From assembly GCA_050084515.1 (NCBI GenBank), contig CM114271.1:372001-436000 (forward strand): 64,000 nt of DNA, read 5' to 3'. The stretch is from Blasia pusilla. Its lineage: Eukaryota. The position numbers and the translations under genes are program-made. Within the stretch, counting starts at the first letter, position 1, and each line of letters starts with the position of its first letter. The notes under the pieces were generated by a model. It ran no database searches, was not told the origin of the DNA, and worked only from the letters and a program-made list of their open reading frames with translations. Positions 1-12,397 of the stretch are shown here, piece after piece.

Positions 1-503
1 GGTTGTCGTTGGACTTCTTGTGTTTGGATCCCCTCCATCGTTGCTTCTTGCTTGCGCACCCATTCTTAGGGTTGACGTTGATTTCCTTAGTAGTTTCACT
101 CTTGTGTGCTATTGGTAGTGAGGCTGGAATGATGACCAGTAGAGTGTGGGAGGCTTCTTGTGGTGATGACAGGTTAGGTTGCCTACATCCATAGCTAGTA
201 GAGCTAGAATAGTACAACGACATCGACGTCACTTGGTTACTTAGTGGTGGTGATTTGGTGGTGGTGCGGCATCAGCGTTGGTCATCACGGAGCTGTCTGT
301 TGGTCTGGTTGGGGACCGTGGTGCGGACAGTGGTGGTTTTACACGGAGTGGATTGAGGTATCGGCTATCTTTTCCACTTCCGACGGTTGATGAAGAGGAG
401 GACGAGGGTGTTCCAAACATCGAGTTATCGAGTGTTGCAACTCCATTGATTTGGGATATGGACAGGATATATGGGGCCATGAAGGGCCCACGATGATACT
501 CGG

Positions 504-1743
504 GTGCAATGGTTACCACTGAGTTGGAGGACTTCATTCAATAGTTTGATACGTGGTGTGATATGCAGATGTTGCGAAACGCCACGTTGTTTACATCCTT
601 CTTGTTTACACCATGTTGCTGAGATTGAGACGTGGAGACAATATTGGTCTCTAGGCTATGTGTCTATCACCCATGGTGGTACAAGCCCGACGTTGAGTGG
701 TACAAGTACGATCCGGAGTGGGGGTACAAGTGGAGGTACCAGTGGGGGTACTAGTGGAGGTACTAGTGCCCCACCATCGTTCAGCCCGGTTGAAGAGTTC
801 CTCAAGAGATTGAAGAAGAACTATCAGGGAGTGAAGACAGAGAAGTTGAGGAGTCTTCAGGAATTTGAGCGAAAGACTGGTGAGAGTCGTCGTGAGGCAT
901 ACACTCGTATGCGACGCTTGATTTGAGTTACCTAGGGTGTAACCGAGGCTTAGGAAGTCAAGTTTTGGTCATGGATCTTGGACAGAGAGTTGCGCCGCAG
1001 GGTATGTGATGCTACTCTTATGAGTGTTAATTCATCCACATTGACCCATGTGTTTGCTCTATCTGAGAAGATTGAGCTTAATATGGTGGAGGAGAGAGTG
1101 GTGACATCCGCATTCAGTAGAGATATAACTACTTCTTCTCGTGTTCAGCAGTCCACCTCACAGTCTCATAGTAGTGGTGGTGGTAGTAGTAGTGGGAGTC
1201 GGGGGGGTACACACGACCTCAATCAGATCCTAGAGGGACACTTGCGCAGAGACCATTGCCTTCATTTGCTGCCCCGCAGCAAGGACAATCATGTTGGACA
1301 TGTGGAGGTGATCATGTTAGGAGGTTTTGTCCCCAAGAGGATGGGAGACGGACTTTGGAGGATGGGCCTCAGTCGGCCCCAACTCATTGTAATCATTGCG
1401 GGAGACCAGGTCATCCTCGAGAGCGTTGCTTTGATCTTCATCTAGAGTTGAGATCAGGCCGCGGCCGTGGTGGAGTAGCTCCAAGAGGCCGAGGTGGTAG
1501 GGGTGGTAGAGGTGGACAGTGGTTGGAGAGCCTACGGTGGCTACCCTTACTACTACAACAGAGTCAGCTATGGCTGCCAGGATTGAGCAGTTGGAGCATA
1601 AGTTGGCTACTATGGCTGGTATCCATCATAGAGCAAGTTTGGGAGCATGTGCTTCCACCTCTTATGGAGAGGATAATCTCTCTTATATGGCAAGTGCAAC
1701 ACAGGTTGAGGCATCAGCTGTAGTTACGAGAGGAGCCACTTGA
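504..1743 (+). pseudogene. gag: Retrotransposon gag with two zinc knuckles (disrupted)
   Basis: Capsid-like segment (LQEFERKTGESRREAYTRMRRLI), two CX2CX3-4HX4C knuckles and an RGG-rich tail; in-frame stops at 924, 933 and 951. Confidence 0.8.
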
Positions 1744-2161
1744 GCGTCAGAGCCACGTGGTGCTACCGTGGAGTTGGACCCACAGAGGGATGAGGTGGGA
1801 GGCATACTTGGCTTCCCCAGTCATTCTTGTTGTCTGAGGTGCTTAGGACTCCATCCATGGTTCCTACGCAACCTATTGAGCCTACAGTGGGGACTCAAGC
1901 ATCTTCATCACGTGTAGTAGACACGGATGCAACATCCAGTGCAGTATTGCGGATGGAAACTTCAGTGTTGGGATCCCCATTGTTTTCAGCCACAGAGCTG
2001 ATGGCTTTAGGAGTGCACTACGGCAAGAGGCTGATCGCCTAGTGCAGGAGGCTTAGTGTGAGGCTGTTACACCTCACGAGGAAGAAGAGGCCCCACGGCG
2101 GACTCCTACTTCTGGTCCAGTTGGGTTATCTCCTTTGGATACTACACCCATTGTATGGCAA

Positions 2162-3150
2162 TATCCGTCGGAGGGCATTTGTGTGTTAGATCTCTTTGGT
2201 GGGATTAGCACTGGTTTGGCTGCAGTGTTGCAGCCCGGTATTCCTGTGCGGAGATATGTGTATGTGGAGCGAGATTAGACGGCCCAGAGAGTCTCATCCC
2301 AACATATTGGTTAGTTGATGCGGAGATTTCCTGAGTTGTTGCCGCCATTAGCTATTCGTGGGTAACAGCGTGCTTTGCAATCACACATTGCAGTGTTGGG
2401 ATGCAGGATCTTGAGAGGGTTGGTCGTGTGGATTTAGTGATTGCTGGATGGCCATGTCAGGGTCATACACGTGCTGGTCGTGGTGAGGGATTACACGACC
2501 CTAGGTCTCGATTATTTTGGGAGATGTTACATGTGTTACGACATCTTCAGGTTCATCTGGCACGTGCTCGAGCTTACATTCCGGAGAATGTTCCATTATT
2601 GGATGACACTCGGACCCGGATGATGGCGAGTGTTCATGAGGTGCGGTCTTGGATTGGACTAGAGGTGTTGTTGGATGCAGCGCAAGTTGGCTTGCGTGCA
2701 CATTGTCCACGCTTGTGGTGGACAAACTTGTTGCCTAGGGAGGTTCTACGTCGAGCATATGATGCAGTGCAGCGGGATCCTTGCCTTACAATGGATAGTA
2801 TCTTGGATACTAGGCAACTTTCTCATGTGGTGAGGGTTATTGATCGGTCACCCATGGCAATGGTGAACCGTGTGGGCCATCCTAGGATGGCACTACCCAC
2901 ATTTGTGATTTTTCCCTCGTCACATGCCTATAGGGAAGGTGGTCCCGGGCTTGTATGGGATTCTCATGTACGAGAGTTGGTGGAGCCTAACATTGATGAG
3001 AGAGAGCGTGCGATGGGATTTGCTACTGGTGTGACAACGGTTGCTTCCATTTCTGAGGCTTCACGATGTCATGTCTTGGGTCAGGCCATGGACCTGAATT
3101 GTTGGACCTGGGATTTGAGTCTTGGTATGGCCGAGCAACGTCGACTTCGG
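2162..3150 (+). pseudogene. C5-cytosine DNA methyltransferase domain inside the retrotransposon (disrupted)
   Basis: Motif I VLDLFGGISTG (from 2183, in a frame missed by the ORF track); motif IV DLVIAGWPCQG (catalytic Cys 2455-2457); motif VI ENV (2584-2592); motif VIII-like RAHCPRLWWTN; motif IX ERERAMGF; motif X VLGQAMD. Stops at 2312 and 2363 and a frameshift near 2400. Confidence 0.9.
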
Positions 3151-3429
3151 ACTATGTCTGTGGATCTTCCATCCCTTGTGATGAGTTCGATGGCTACCGA
3201 GACGGAAGAGGCATCGATTGGGGGAGAGGAGAGTAGCATTTTGCATCCTTGGAGTAAATGGGATGTAATGGCTGGGCATCTGGATTTGGTTGTTCATCCT
3301 GGTGGAGGAGTTATTTGCTCAGATGATGGTGTAGCTAAGGGTGTACCATCTTGTGAGGGGGTTGCATAGCAGCCAATGGCGTCGTCCTCTCTCTCTAGTG
3401 TGCTAGTGGAGGAGATTTGGGAGCCATTA

Positions 3430-4800
3430 CTTGGGCCCAAGCTTACGGGAGGTGAGAAACGACACTTGATACACTTCCTACGTGCTTATAGGAGTTTTTT
3501 TGCCTTTAGCATGAAGGGGTTGGGTACTTTGGTTGGACCCGGTATACGCATTGATTTGGCTAGTGATATGCCAATCTTTCGTCGTCCCTACCGATAAAGT
3601 GATATGGAGAGGGACCTAATTCAGAGTAGGACGTTGGACCTTTTGGAGGCTGGATAAGTGGAATTGTCGCATGGAGAGTATGCATCAACCACTGTCATGC
3701 TTGCTAAAAAGGATGTGCATGGCAACTACACGAATAGGCGGATGTGTGGAGATTACCGTCCTATCAATCGGCTAACCAAGGCGGATAGGTATGCCATGCC
3801 TACACCTTAGGAGATCTTTGATGTGGTGGGACAGGCAAAGATTTTCAGTACTTTGGATCTTCGGGCAGGATACCATCAGTTGCCGATTCGAGAGAGTGAC
3901 AAGGCCAAGACATCATTTTGGGGTGTCAACTCTCATGGCAAGGATTGTTTGTACCAATGGAAATTCTTACCCTTTGGGTTGAAGAATGCACCTTCCGAGT
4001 TTCAGAGAGTGATGGACAGGATCCTAGCAGGATTGGATTTTGTTCAGTGTTACATTGATGATATATTGGTGTTTAGTAACATGGTGGAGGAGCATCAGAT
4101 ACATTTGCAGATTGTGTTTGAGGGGCTGAAAGCTCATGGTCTACGTTTGCATCCAGGAAAGTGTAAGTTCTTCCATGAGGATGTTGAGTACTTGGGTCAT
4201 GTGATCTATCAAGGTGGTTTGGGAGTTCAACAAGCAAAGGTGGAGGCTATTGCACTTATTCCTTGTCTAGTAGATGTGAGTAGAGTTCGGGCATTTATGG
4301 GATTGGAAAACTACTATCGGAGGTATGTGAAGGGATTTAGTGCTATGGCAAAGCCTTTGAACCAATTGCTGAAATCAGATCAGGAGTGGCACTAGGGAGA
4401 TGATCAGGAGAGAGCTTTTGTGGAGCTCAAGGCCCAGTTGGTGACAGCGCCTATCTTGAGGAGACCTTTCAGAGGACGCCCATTTCCGTTACACACTTAT
4501 TGGAGTAGGTTGGGACTTGGAGCGGTGTTGACATGACATGATGATGAGCACATGGAGATTGTGGTGGCCTATGCAAGTGGTTCGAATAATGCAGCGGAGT
4601 CGCGCTATAGTTCGGCACACAGTTTACCCACGTTACTGATCACCAGCCGCTCAAGTGGTTGATGGAGTCTGACAAGCTTACAGGGAAGCTTGCACGGTAG
4701 GCTTTTATCTTACAGGAGTATGACTTCCAGGTGGTACATAGACTTGGAGTTGCCAACCTTGATGCTGATGGGTTGAGTAGGAACCCATGTACTAGCCCAG
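3430..4800 (+). pseudogene. pol: Reverse transcriptase and RNase H of the Gypsy element (disrupted)
   Basis: RMCGDYRPIN, FSTLDLRAGYHQ, LPFGLKNAPSEFQR, YIDD, RAFMGLENYYRRYV, followed by RNase H motifs; several stops. Confidence 0.93.
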
Positions 4801-4979
4801 AGGATGAAACTGGGGCTAGATGGCATGGCGAGTTTGATGAGGAGATGGTGCTAGGTTGGCATGCATCTGCCTTTTTATGTTGGTAAGGGATGGACTCTAG
4901 TATGGAGGACCACATGACATCTTATTCTAGTCAAAGGGTAGATGGCCAGCCTTAAGATCCTAAGGTTGAAGATGGTGGT

Positions 4980-6404
4980 ATGGATCAGCGTGATATTCAA
5001 GATGATGTATTGGCGTTAGAGTTCCTACGGACCAGTAGGGTGCCAGGCATAGTGAGTGCCAAGGAGCGAGACCGTGTTCTTCAACGTGCTAAAAGGTATC
5101 GATTGGAGGAAACACATATTCTCCGTGTGTGGGAGGATGGTAGAGTACGAGTAGTGCCGCATTTGGCTCAGAGAGAGCTCATTGTGCGACATGCCCATGA
5201 GGAGTTGGGACATTTTGGGGTAAAGCGTACGTATAGCTTACTCCTTGGTCAGTACTGGTGGCGTGGCATGCATACTCAGGTGGTGCAGTTGGTGTCACGT
5301 TGTATGGTTTGTGACGGGGTGAGGGGATCATTCAATGCCCCTTCACCACAGTTACACCCCTCGCTTATTATGGGGTTGGGTTACCGTTGGAGTGTGGACT
5401 TTGCGGGACCGTTACCGTTGACTGTACGACATCATCGATATGTGTTGGTGATGGTGGAGCAATTCTCCAGGTGGATTGAGTTTGTGGCATTACTTAACAA
5501 GGCAAGTGAGGGAATGGCGTATGCGTTTCTCGATAGAGTGCTCAATCATTTTGGTGCACTAGCTGAAGTGTTGACCGACCAAGGTACAAAGTTTCAGGGT
5601 GAGTTTCAGGTCTTGTGTGACAAGGCGTTGATTGATCATCGGACCACGTCTCGAGATCATCCACAGGTGGATGGTTTGGCTGAGCGTGTGGTTCTGACGG
5701 TGAAGAGGGCATTGCGCAAGTATGGTCTACAGAAGGGGCATCTTGGAGACAGGGATATTCAGTTGCCATGGTTAGCCATGGGGTATAGGTTCAGTCGCCA
5801 AGCATCCTTGGCTTCCTTCTCACCTTATTTTCTGTTATACGGCCCAGATCCAGACTTACCAGTAGCAATTCTCCGGGAGTCTAGTGAGGTGGTGAACCTT
5901 GATGACCCAGAGATATGGATGAGAGTGTGTTCTCAGCGGGCACAACTCTTTCGGAGAGTTATGCCAACAGCCTTTGAGAATCTTGCCATTGCTCAACACA
6001 GGGATACGTTGCGGTATGCAACCATTCGGGGTGGAGGTTATCGACCATCGATTTGTAGGTTCCATGTGGGGAACTATGTCTATTTGCAGCAGATTGCACC
6101 GACAACGTTGGATGTGACGGCAGGCCGCACTATTTTACGAGTGCGCTAGGTGTTAGCTTCTAGAGTTCTCATGTTGGAGGGTCGTGATGGAGTTTTTTGG
6201 AAGGACCATGTGCGTAATTATGCACCATGTCATCTTCCAAATGTGGAAGATGCATGTTTGAGGTGCATGTTGTGTGGTTGTGATGGTAACACAGCCCGTA
6301 TGTTGGTGTGTGATCGGTATTCTAGGGGTTGGCACATGATGTGTTTGACTCCACGTATGGATGTTGTTCCTATTGGAAGGTGGGTTTGTCCTCAATGTAC
6401 TTAG
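4980..6404 (+). pseudogene. Integrase with C-terminal PHD finger (one internal stop at 6147)
   Basis: HHCC zinc site and D-D-E triad. The same frame continues past TAG 6147-6149 into CMLC...LVCDRYSRGWHMMCLTP...WVCPQC (C4HC3 PHD with one Cys changed to Tyr). Confidence 0.9.
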
Positions 6405-6579
6405 CAGAGGTAGATGACTTGATCTTTGCATGATATGGATTACAGATGTGCGACTAACGATGGGGCAACCTAGCATCCGGCCTTCTGATTCGTGCACCCA
6501 CGAAGGTGTATAGCATGTAGTAGATGTATAGGGCTACTTGGGAGTTAGAGGGACCTAACCGCCAGTTAGGGGGGCGAGT

Positions 6580-7141
6580 TGTGGTACACTTGTGTTTGTG
6601 GATGCTCTCGTCTATGTTATGTATGTATGTGAGTATGGTATGTCAGCGATGTATGTTGTATGACGATGTGGATTCGCACGACAACTGTCATGACCATACG
6701 GATTATGTCGTAGAGTATAGTGTGCTAGTAGAGGCCATACCTTATGTAGGGCCATAGTATCCAGGTAGAGATGTGGTTTCATACATAGGGTTGGAGGTTA
6801 CTCAATTGAGGGTGACTTTTCCACTACTCACAATAGTGTGGAGTGCATTCAAAGAACAATTAGTTTTTTGAGTTGAGCTTGTTGCGTTGGGAGTTAGCCT
6901 TGGTAGTGAGTAGAGCTCTTGGCTATGGTGGTTCCCGCAAGCTTCGACCTGGATTCTCCCATTGTGGACTGGGTTTGGCTCGATTGTATGTGATTCTATA
7001 CGTGTTTTATGACAGTAGGTCTTTCACGGATTTCAGTTGTGGTACACTTGTGTTTGTGGATGTTCTCGTCTATGTTATGTATGTGTGTGAGTATGGTATG
7101 TCAGCGATGTATGTTGTATGACGATGTGGATTCGCACGACA
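6580..7141 (+). repeat. Putative 3' LTR (TG...CA) whose first and last 104 bp are direct repeats
   Basis: Purine tract at 6568-6578 just before TGTGGTACAC. 6580-6683 and 7038-7141 differ at 2 positions by eye. Confidence 0.7.
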
Positions 7142-8099
7142 TCTTCGATCTTCTTCTCTTTTGCCTCGTTGGAAATTCTCTTTTTTTCCGCCTTTGTATC
7201 TCTACCATTAAATCTTTTTTACTTCTTGGCAAGCTTCTTGGAGTACTTGGGGACTTGGGAGGGAAGCTCCCACCTTTGTTGGCTTGGATCTTCTTCCTAG
7301 TCATGATCAAAATGGCACATTTCCCTAAAGATAACATTGAAGGAACGAATTACTTATAAGGAATGCTTCATCTAATCGAAGAAGGTTTAGGGAGAAGAGG
7401 CTAACTAAACGTTGCCATGCCCATTGGCACGAATCGATTGCTGATTTTTTGTGATATTTCATATGAAGTGACATCAACTATTTCGTTGACTAGTTCGAGA
7501 GGAAGGAGGACCAACCGCCAAAACCGCTTCACAAGGTTGTCAAATCGCTTAATGCCAACCCATAGAGACATCTTAGAAAGAGCAGCTCTAAAACTTTCAT
7601 CGCAAAGTAAAAAAGAGGAAATGGGAAAGCTAGCCGTTATATTCTCTGAGTACTGTTGAATCTTGACCATTGGAGAGTGATTAAGTGGTTCCGTTGACAC
7701 TTGGTCTGGTCCTTATGGTTGACCGTTGTAGAGCATCCTCCTTGTGGAGGATGCTCTACACAACATAAGTTGTGTGTTCTTTCAGCATTAAAAAAACCAG
7801 CAAGAGATCGAGGGTTTTGGTGATGGAATATTCCTTGTCCCTTGATTGCATCTGCTTGTGGTGGTTGAATCTAACTACCAATGGCCTATATATAGCTTTT
7901 GGACCACTGATGTCTGAACATACGCAAACTTTTTCCACCATAAATTCAACCTTCTCTTTCATATTCTCATTCTCATTCCTTTCTCTTGCAATCAACTCTG
8001 CACTTCTATCCAGGTGGACTCACATGTGGCAGTCGTCTAGCAGCTAGTGACCCTTCCTCAATCAAAAATTATTCGAGCATAACCTAGGGATGCTCATGT

Positions 8100-9960
8100 G
8101 ATAGTTCTAGAAGAGTTTTGGTCACCCAATTTATTTCCAAGGATGTGAGGGCGGATGGAAGGGATAAAGTTATAGGTGAAACAATCCAACCCGAGATAGG
8201 AGAGTCCAAATTATGGAATCTCTTACCATACTTCAATAGAAAATATAGAATTTATGGCTTGCCTCTAAAGCCCACTTACTTTGGTGTGGAAGGTCTTCAA
8301 ACCAATGGTGCTCTAAGTTCCACATATGCGACCCTTGCTTCTGTTGATTCAACTTCAATTCCCAAGTCTCAAGTTCATGACAATGTGGGTAAAATAATCA
8401 CATTTTAGATGTTGTTGACCTGACGCGATCAATCTATTGGAAACCAAGAAAAAAAAGATATGCATACACATTCTTGCTTCAAGCTTTGGGTAATTGATTG
8501 CTATCTCTTCCCTTGAAAATATTTAAACACATTCATAATGATGAGCTTCCAACGGATTATGATGGAAAGTGTATTTTTGAGTTGGCTCCATTGGATAGTC
8601 CTACTCAAAAGAAAATCTGATTGTCATCAATGGTGCAAACTTCAAAAAACTATTGCTTCCATCCCTGTTCGTCCTTGGATTGTAGCTTGCCGCCAATGCG
8701 TCGGTGCTTTAGAGTGTAGAAATCCACGCTGCCCTTTCCTAGAACAAAATGGGGAAGTCAATAACTCCCAATTCCTCCCAAAAAATGCAAAGACTCCTTA
8801 CACAATCGGTGCGACCACACCGTCGAGTGGTCATAGATGTCCTAATTATCAAGCCTCTCCCTTTTGTGTTGGAGCATATCTTGCTTACGTTTTCTTCATA
8901 CTGCACGACACCACTTCTACATGTGAGTATACGAGGATATGTACTCATGTTGGGTCTCGCAATCATAGTGTTAATAGTGCTATTCAAAAATACATCGAGA
9001 AGGATGTGACCAAGAAATTGGCAGAGGTATATAAAAACTCTTCGGGATCAAAGTCCAGAGTAACCAAAATGATGATGACTTCACTAATTTTTTATCAACT
9101 GTGCACTTGGGATATCTGGCCTAGAAAAGATCACTGCAACAAAGGAGAAACAACTTTGGGAAATCTTGCATTTCTTGCTGATCTTGAATATTTTAGGAAC
9201 TTGTTGCAATAAATACAAACACTTGATGAGAAGATCCTAGAGATGGATGCCATCGCCAAAATGAAAGAAAAATCCAAGTTTCAATATATTCATAGATTGC
9301 AATTTATAGGCCAAGGAGGCAAGGGATCTAGAGTGTAGGCATTTAAAATGTCTACCATCGGACTGTCTAGTGGCCTTGATCCTACTGATCGAATGATGGA
9401 AGGACAAGATCTATTTTGAAGATAGGTGAGCTTTGACATCTGCTAGAGGCTCTTAAATGGATGGTTGACCGTAGATGTTCATGTTTATGACCATGTGGAG
9501 AAGGGACTCAGAACCATATTTGCTTGTGAGGTCAAGGCAAAAGATGTTGACAACTTGAAGACGTGTTGGTTACTCCCAGTGGAGGTGATGAAGGAAAACA
9601 AAAGGACACCGCTTGAATTTTTTTGGTTCATAGCTGACAATGCACGGCCACGATAGATAACTATCAAGGAGGTGTTTTGGGGAGGTGAAGTCCAACCAAA
9701 AAGGAAGAGGTTCGATGTTTTCCATTAACAAGAGCCAGTGACTTGCCACACGAAATTTGCTTCAAGGAGAATAAGAGAAAAGAGCATGTAGGTCTATTAC
9801 AATCTTGCGAGGACATGAGAACATTGAAACAAGCCATTAAGTGCCTACACAAACTTCATGTGTGGTGGCGGAAGCGTGAGGGGAAATATAAAGAATTGTG
9901 TTCCTCCTTAAGTTAGTGCATGGTTCGTATGAGGCAATGGGGAAACTTTATGCGGAAAAT
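8100..9960 (+). mobile_element. Decayed DNA-transposon transposase, MULE/Mutator-like
   Basis: Cys-rich N-terminal region (CRQCVGALECRNPRCPF ... CTHVG), then VSFD, TVDVHVYD, FIADNA and a degenerate C-x-x-H near 9717; heavily frameshifted. Confidence 0.5.
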
Positions 9961-12397
9961 GAGTAGTGAATTTTTCTTTCTAACTTATATGTGCAACTGA
10001 TTGGATTTTTTTTCGGTTGCAAGAAATTTGTGATCAAGACATGCTGTTGTAAATTTTTTGAATCTGATTGGTTGTAAAGATTAGTGTCGTGCAACTTATT
10101 GGATTCCAATGGGTTGCAAGAAAATTTTGTTTGAGATTAGTTGTTGCAACCTGTCTAAATCTAACAAATTACAAATATTAGTCTTTGGCAATCCATTGGA
10201 TCGAACAATTTTAGCTTGTCGGATTTCAACCTTTTGCAATCTCCTCTTAGTTTTACACCTTAACGTTATGTCCTCCGCCCTTACAAAAAGAAAAATTCAT
10301 GTTCAAGGATTCAACCTTTATGAAAATGTCCTTTGCCCAAACACAAGTGGAGCCAAGAATGCCCATTCATCTTGGAAGTCATCAAAATCATGCCAAAGAA
10401 TCTCCCTTGTTGGGGCATGCCAACAAGAGGCCCATTAGGGCCATTCTGAGATCATGCGATGAAAAAATGTATGTTGAAGCCTTTATTTGATGTGTTGTTG
10501 GAACTCTTCTCAAGAGAGGAGTCCACATCATGGTTGCACCAAAATGGACAAGTCTTTCCTTAGGACGGACATGGGTTTCAAGAGGTGGGGACCCACACTT
10601 TTAGTCCATGATGGAACGCAAGGCAAGGATGAGAGGAGCAATGAGGGAGGAGGGAGTGGAGGTGGAGGGAGGAAGAAATGGGGGAGTATGGAACACGAAG
10701 GCAAGTAAGGGGAATGAGAAAGAAGGAAAAGGTGGGGTCCATACGGACAAGTCTTTCCATAGAACGGACATAAGTCCACGGACACGGATTTTGTCCACAT
10801 GCAACCTTGGTCCACATTGGTGGGGAAATTTTGTGTAATTGTTTCAAGACGTCGTATACAAATAGTGGTAGAGCAGTTTGAGAGAGACTCTTGAAGGTCA
10901 ACTAGAGAAGCATCTTAACTTTTGACAAGTCAAGGGTAACCATCCAGGAAAAAATGCGATGATTGGTCTTGGTGATGAAATCACCCCACCAAGGTATTTG
11001 GAAACATATCATAGCTCCCAAATTTGAGTTGGAGTGTCTTTTGCAAAATCAAGGGATGTTTTCTTTTAGAATTCTCTTGCTAGTGGGCCTTCCAATCATC
11101 CTAACTCAAGAGTTGTTCAACAATATCGTATTCATATCATGGAGGCACATTGCAATCTTAGAAGATGGCATATATCTCGAAGCAACCTCGAACACCAATT
11201 TGGTTAAATCTAATGAAATGAGGAGAGTATACGACACATTCTTGAATAAGAAGTGTACAAGGATAGACCAACCACTATCACGCTTTTGGAGGTTCAAAAC
11301 ATTTGATCGATTTGCAAGAACATGAGATCAATTGAAGAACTTCTTATGTCCAAATAATCATGCCCATTCGAAAAAAATATTCCAAGTTGCCATTGGAATA
11401 TTCCCACCAATTGGCCCATTACTGCACATATCAATCTTGAAAAGGTGGATGATTTGAATTTAAAAACCTGTTTTCTATCGACGGCCCAATAATTTCATGT
11501 CTCGTGTCCTTTTAATATTCCACTTGAATCCTTTCCTACCAATTATCTTCAATGAGTTCTCATTCATGTGAATTGTGTTTTTTCTTAAGATTCTTGGAAT
11601 AAGGTTCTCACACACATTCAAGCATCTTGGATAGTGGAGATTTAGGTTTGTGCATGTTGTGGATCATTTGACAAGTGACTTTTAGTGTTTCGATAAAAGG
11701 AGTATAGTAATTAGTACCCCAAAAGTAAGGAGAGGACCACTTTCATTCTTTTGATTCTTTTGCAATAATAGATCCTTTTGCAAACAAGTTAGAGTCACAC
11801 ATCTATAAGTAGATTTAGAATGTCAAACTTGGAGCCCCCTCTTTTATCTATGTTTGCACATTCAAAGTGAAGGTAAATGCAAGAGAAAGTGTTTTGTTTC
11901 CTCCACACTCTTAAGAAATTCCACATGCATCATAATTAATATTTCATTACCACGGCCAAATGGATTTGGGTTCTCTTGGTTCCTATGTCTCATTACTTGC
12001 CAACTTAAATCATGCCGCGTGTTGTGCCAGAATCTAGATCTTGAGACATGATACTACACTCGGCCGTGGTTTCAACCTAGCGAGAGAGGGAGGACCAAAC
12101 TAGTTTACAAGAACACTTCATAAAATCAAATATTCCTAAGGTATTTAGTCCGAAGTATTTACTAGGCATGGTTTCCATTATAAGCCATTGGGGTGTCGAA
12201 GAGCCCACAACACTCAACTCATAAATCACCCACATTGTGAGTGGTAATAGTAAATTTGAACACCACCATTCTAGGACGGATCAGAACTTGGATCGCCATG
12301 CCGTATCATGTATACTCTCGCATTCAAGGCTATAGGCTCCACGACGTGTATGAGGGCCGAGTTGAGATTTTGCACATGATCATAGTGACACATCGCA

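Larger units (their letters stand above)
480..7141 (+). mobile_element. Degenerate Ty3/Gypsy LTR retrotransposon: gag - C5 DNA methyltransferase - RT - RNase H - integrase - PHD finger - PPT - 3' LTR (5' boundary uncertain, probably upstream of the window)
   Basis: Two CCHC knuckles (CWTCGGDHVRRFC, CNHCGRPGHPRERC); RT motifs LDLRAGYHQ, PFGLKNAP and YIDD (4051-4062); RNase H VVAYAS / TDHQPLKWL; integrase HHCC plus VDFAGP / TDQG / LAERVV. RT-RH-IN order is Gypsy. Many stops and frameshifts. Confidence 0.95.

Noticed and set aside
712-770. GGTS repeat in gag
   Set aside because: Short 12-nt coding tandem repeat in a low-complexity region, not a CRISPR or functional array.
900-4700. CAG->TAG and TGG->TAG stops as evidence that the element methylated itself
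   Set aside because: Host methylation of TEs gives the same pattern, several stops are not transitions, and the source cannot be resolved without a consensus.
10100-12200. Possible further TE remnants
   Set aside because: Too decayed to assign a family or boundaries.
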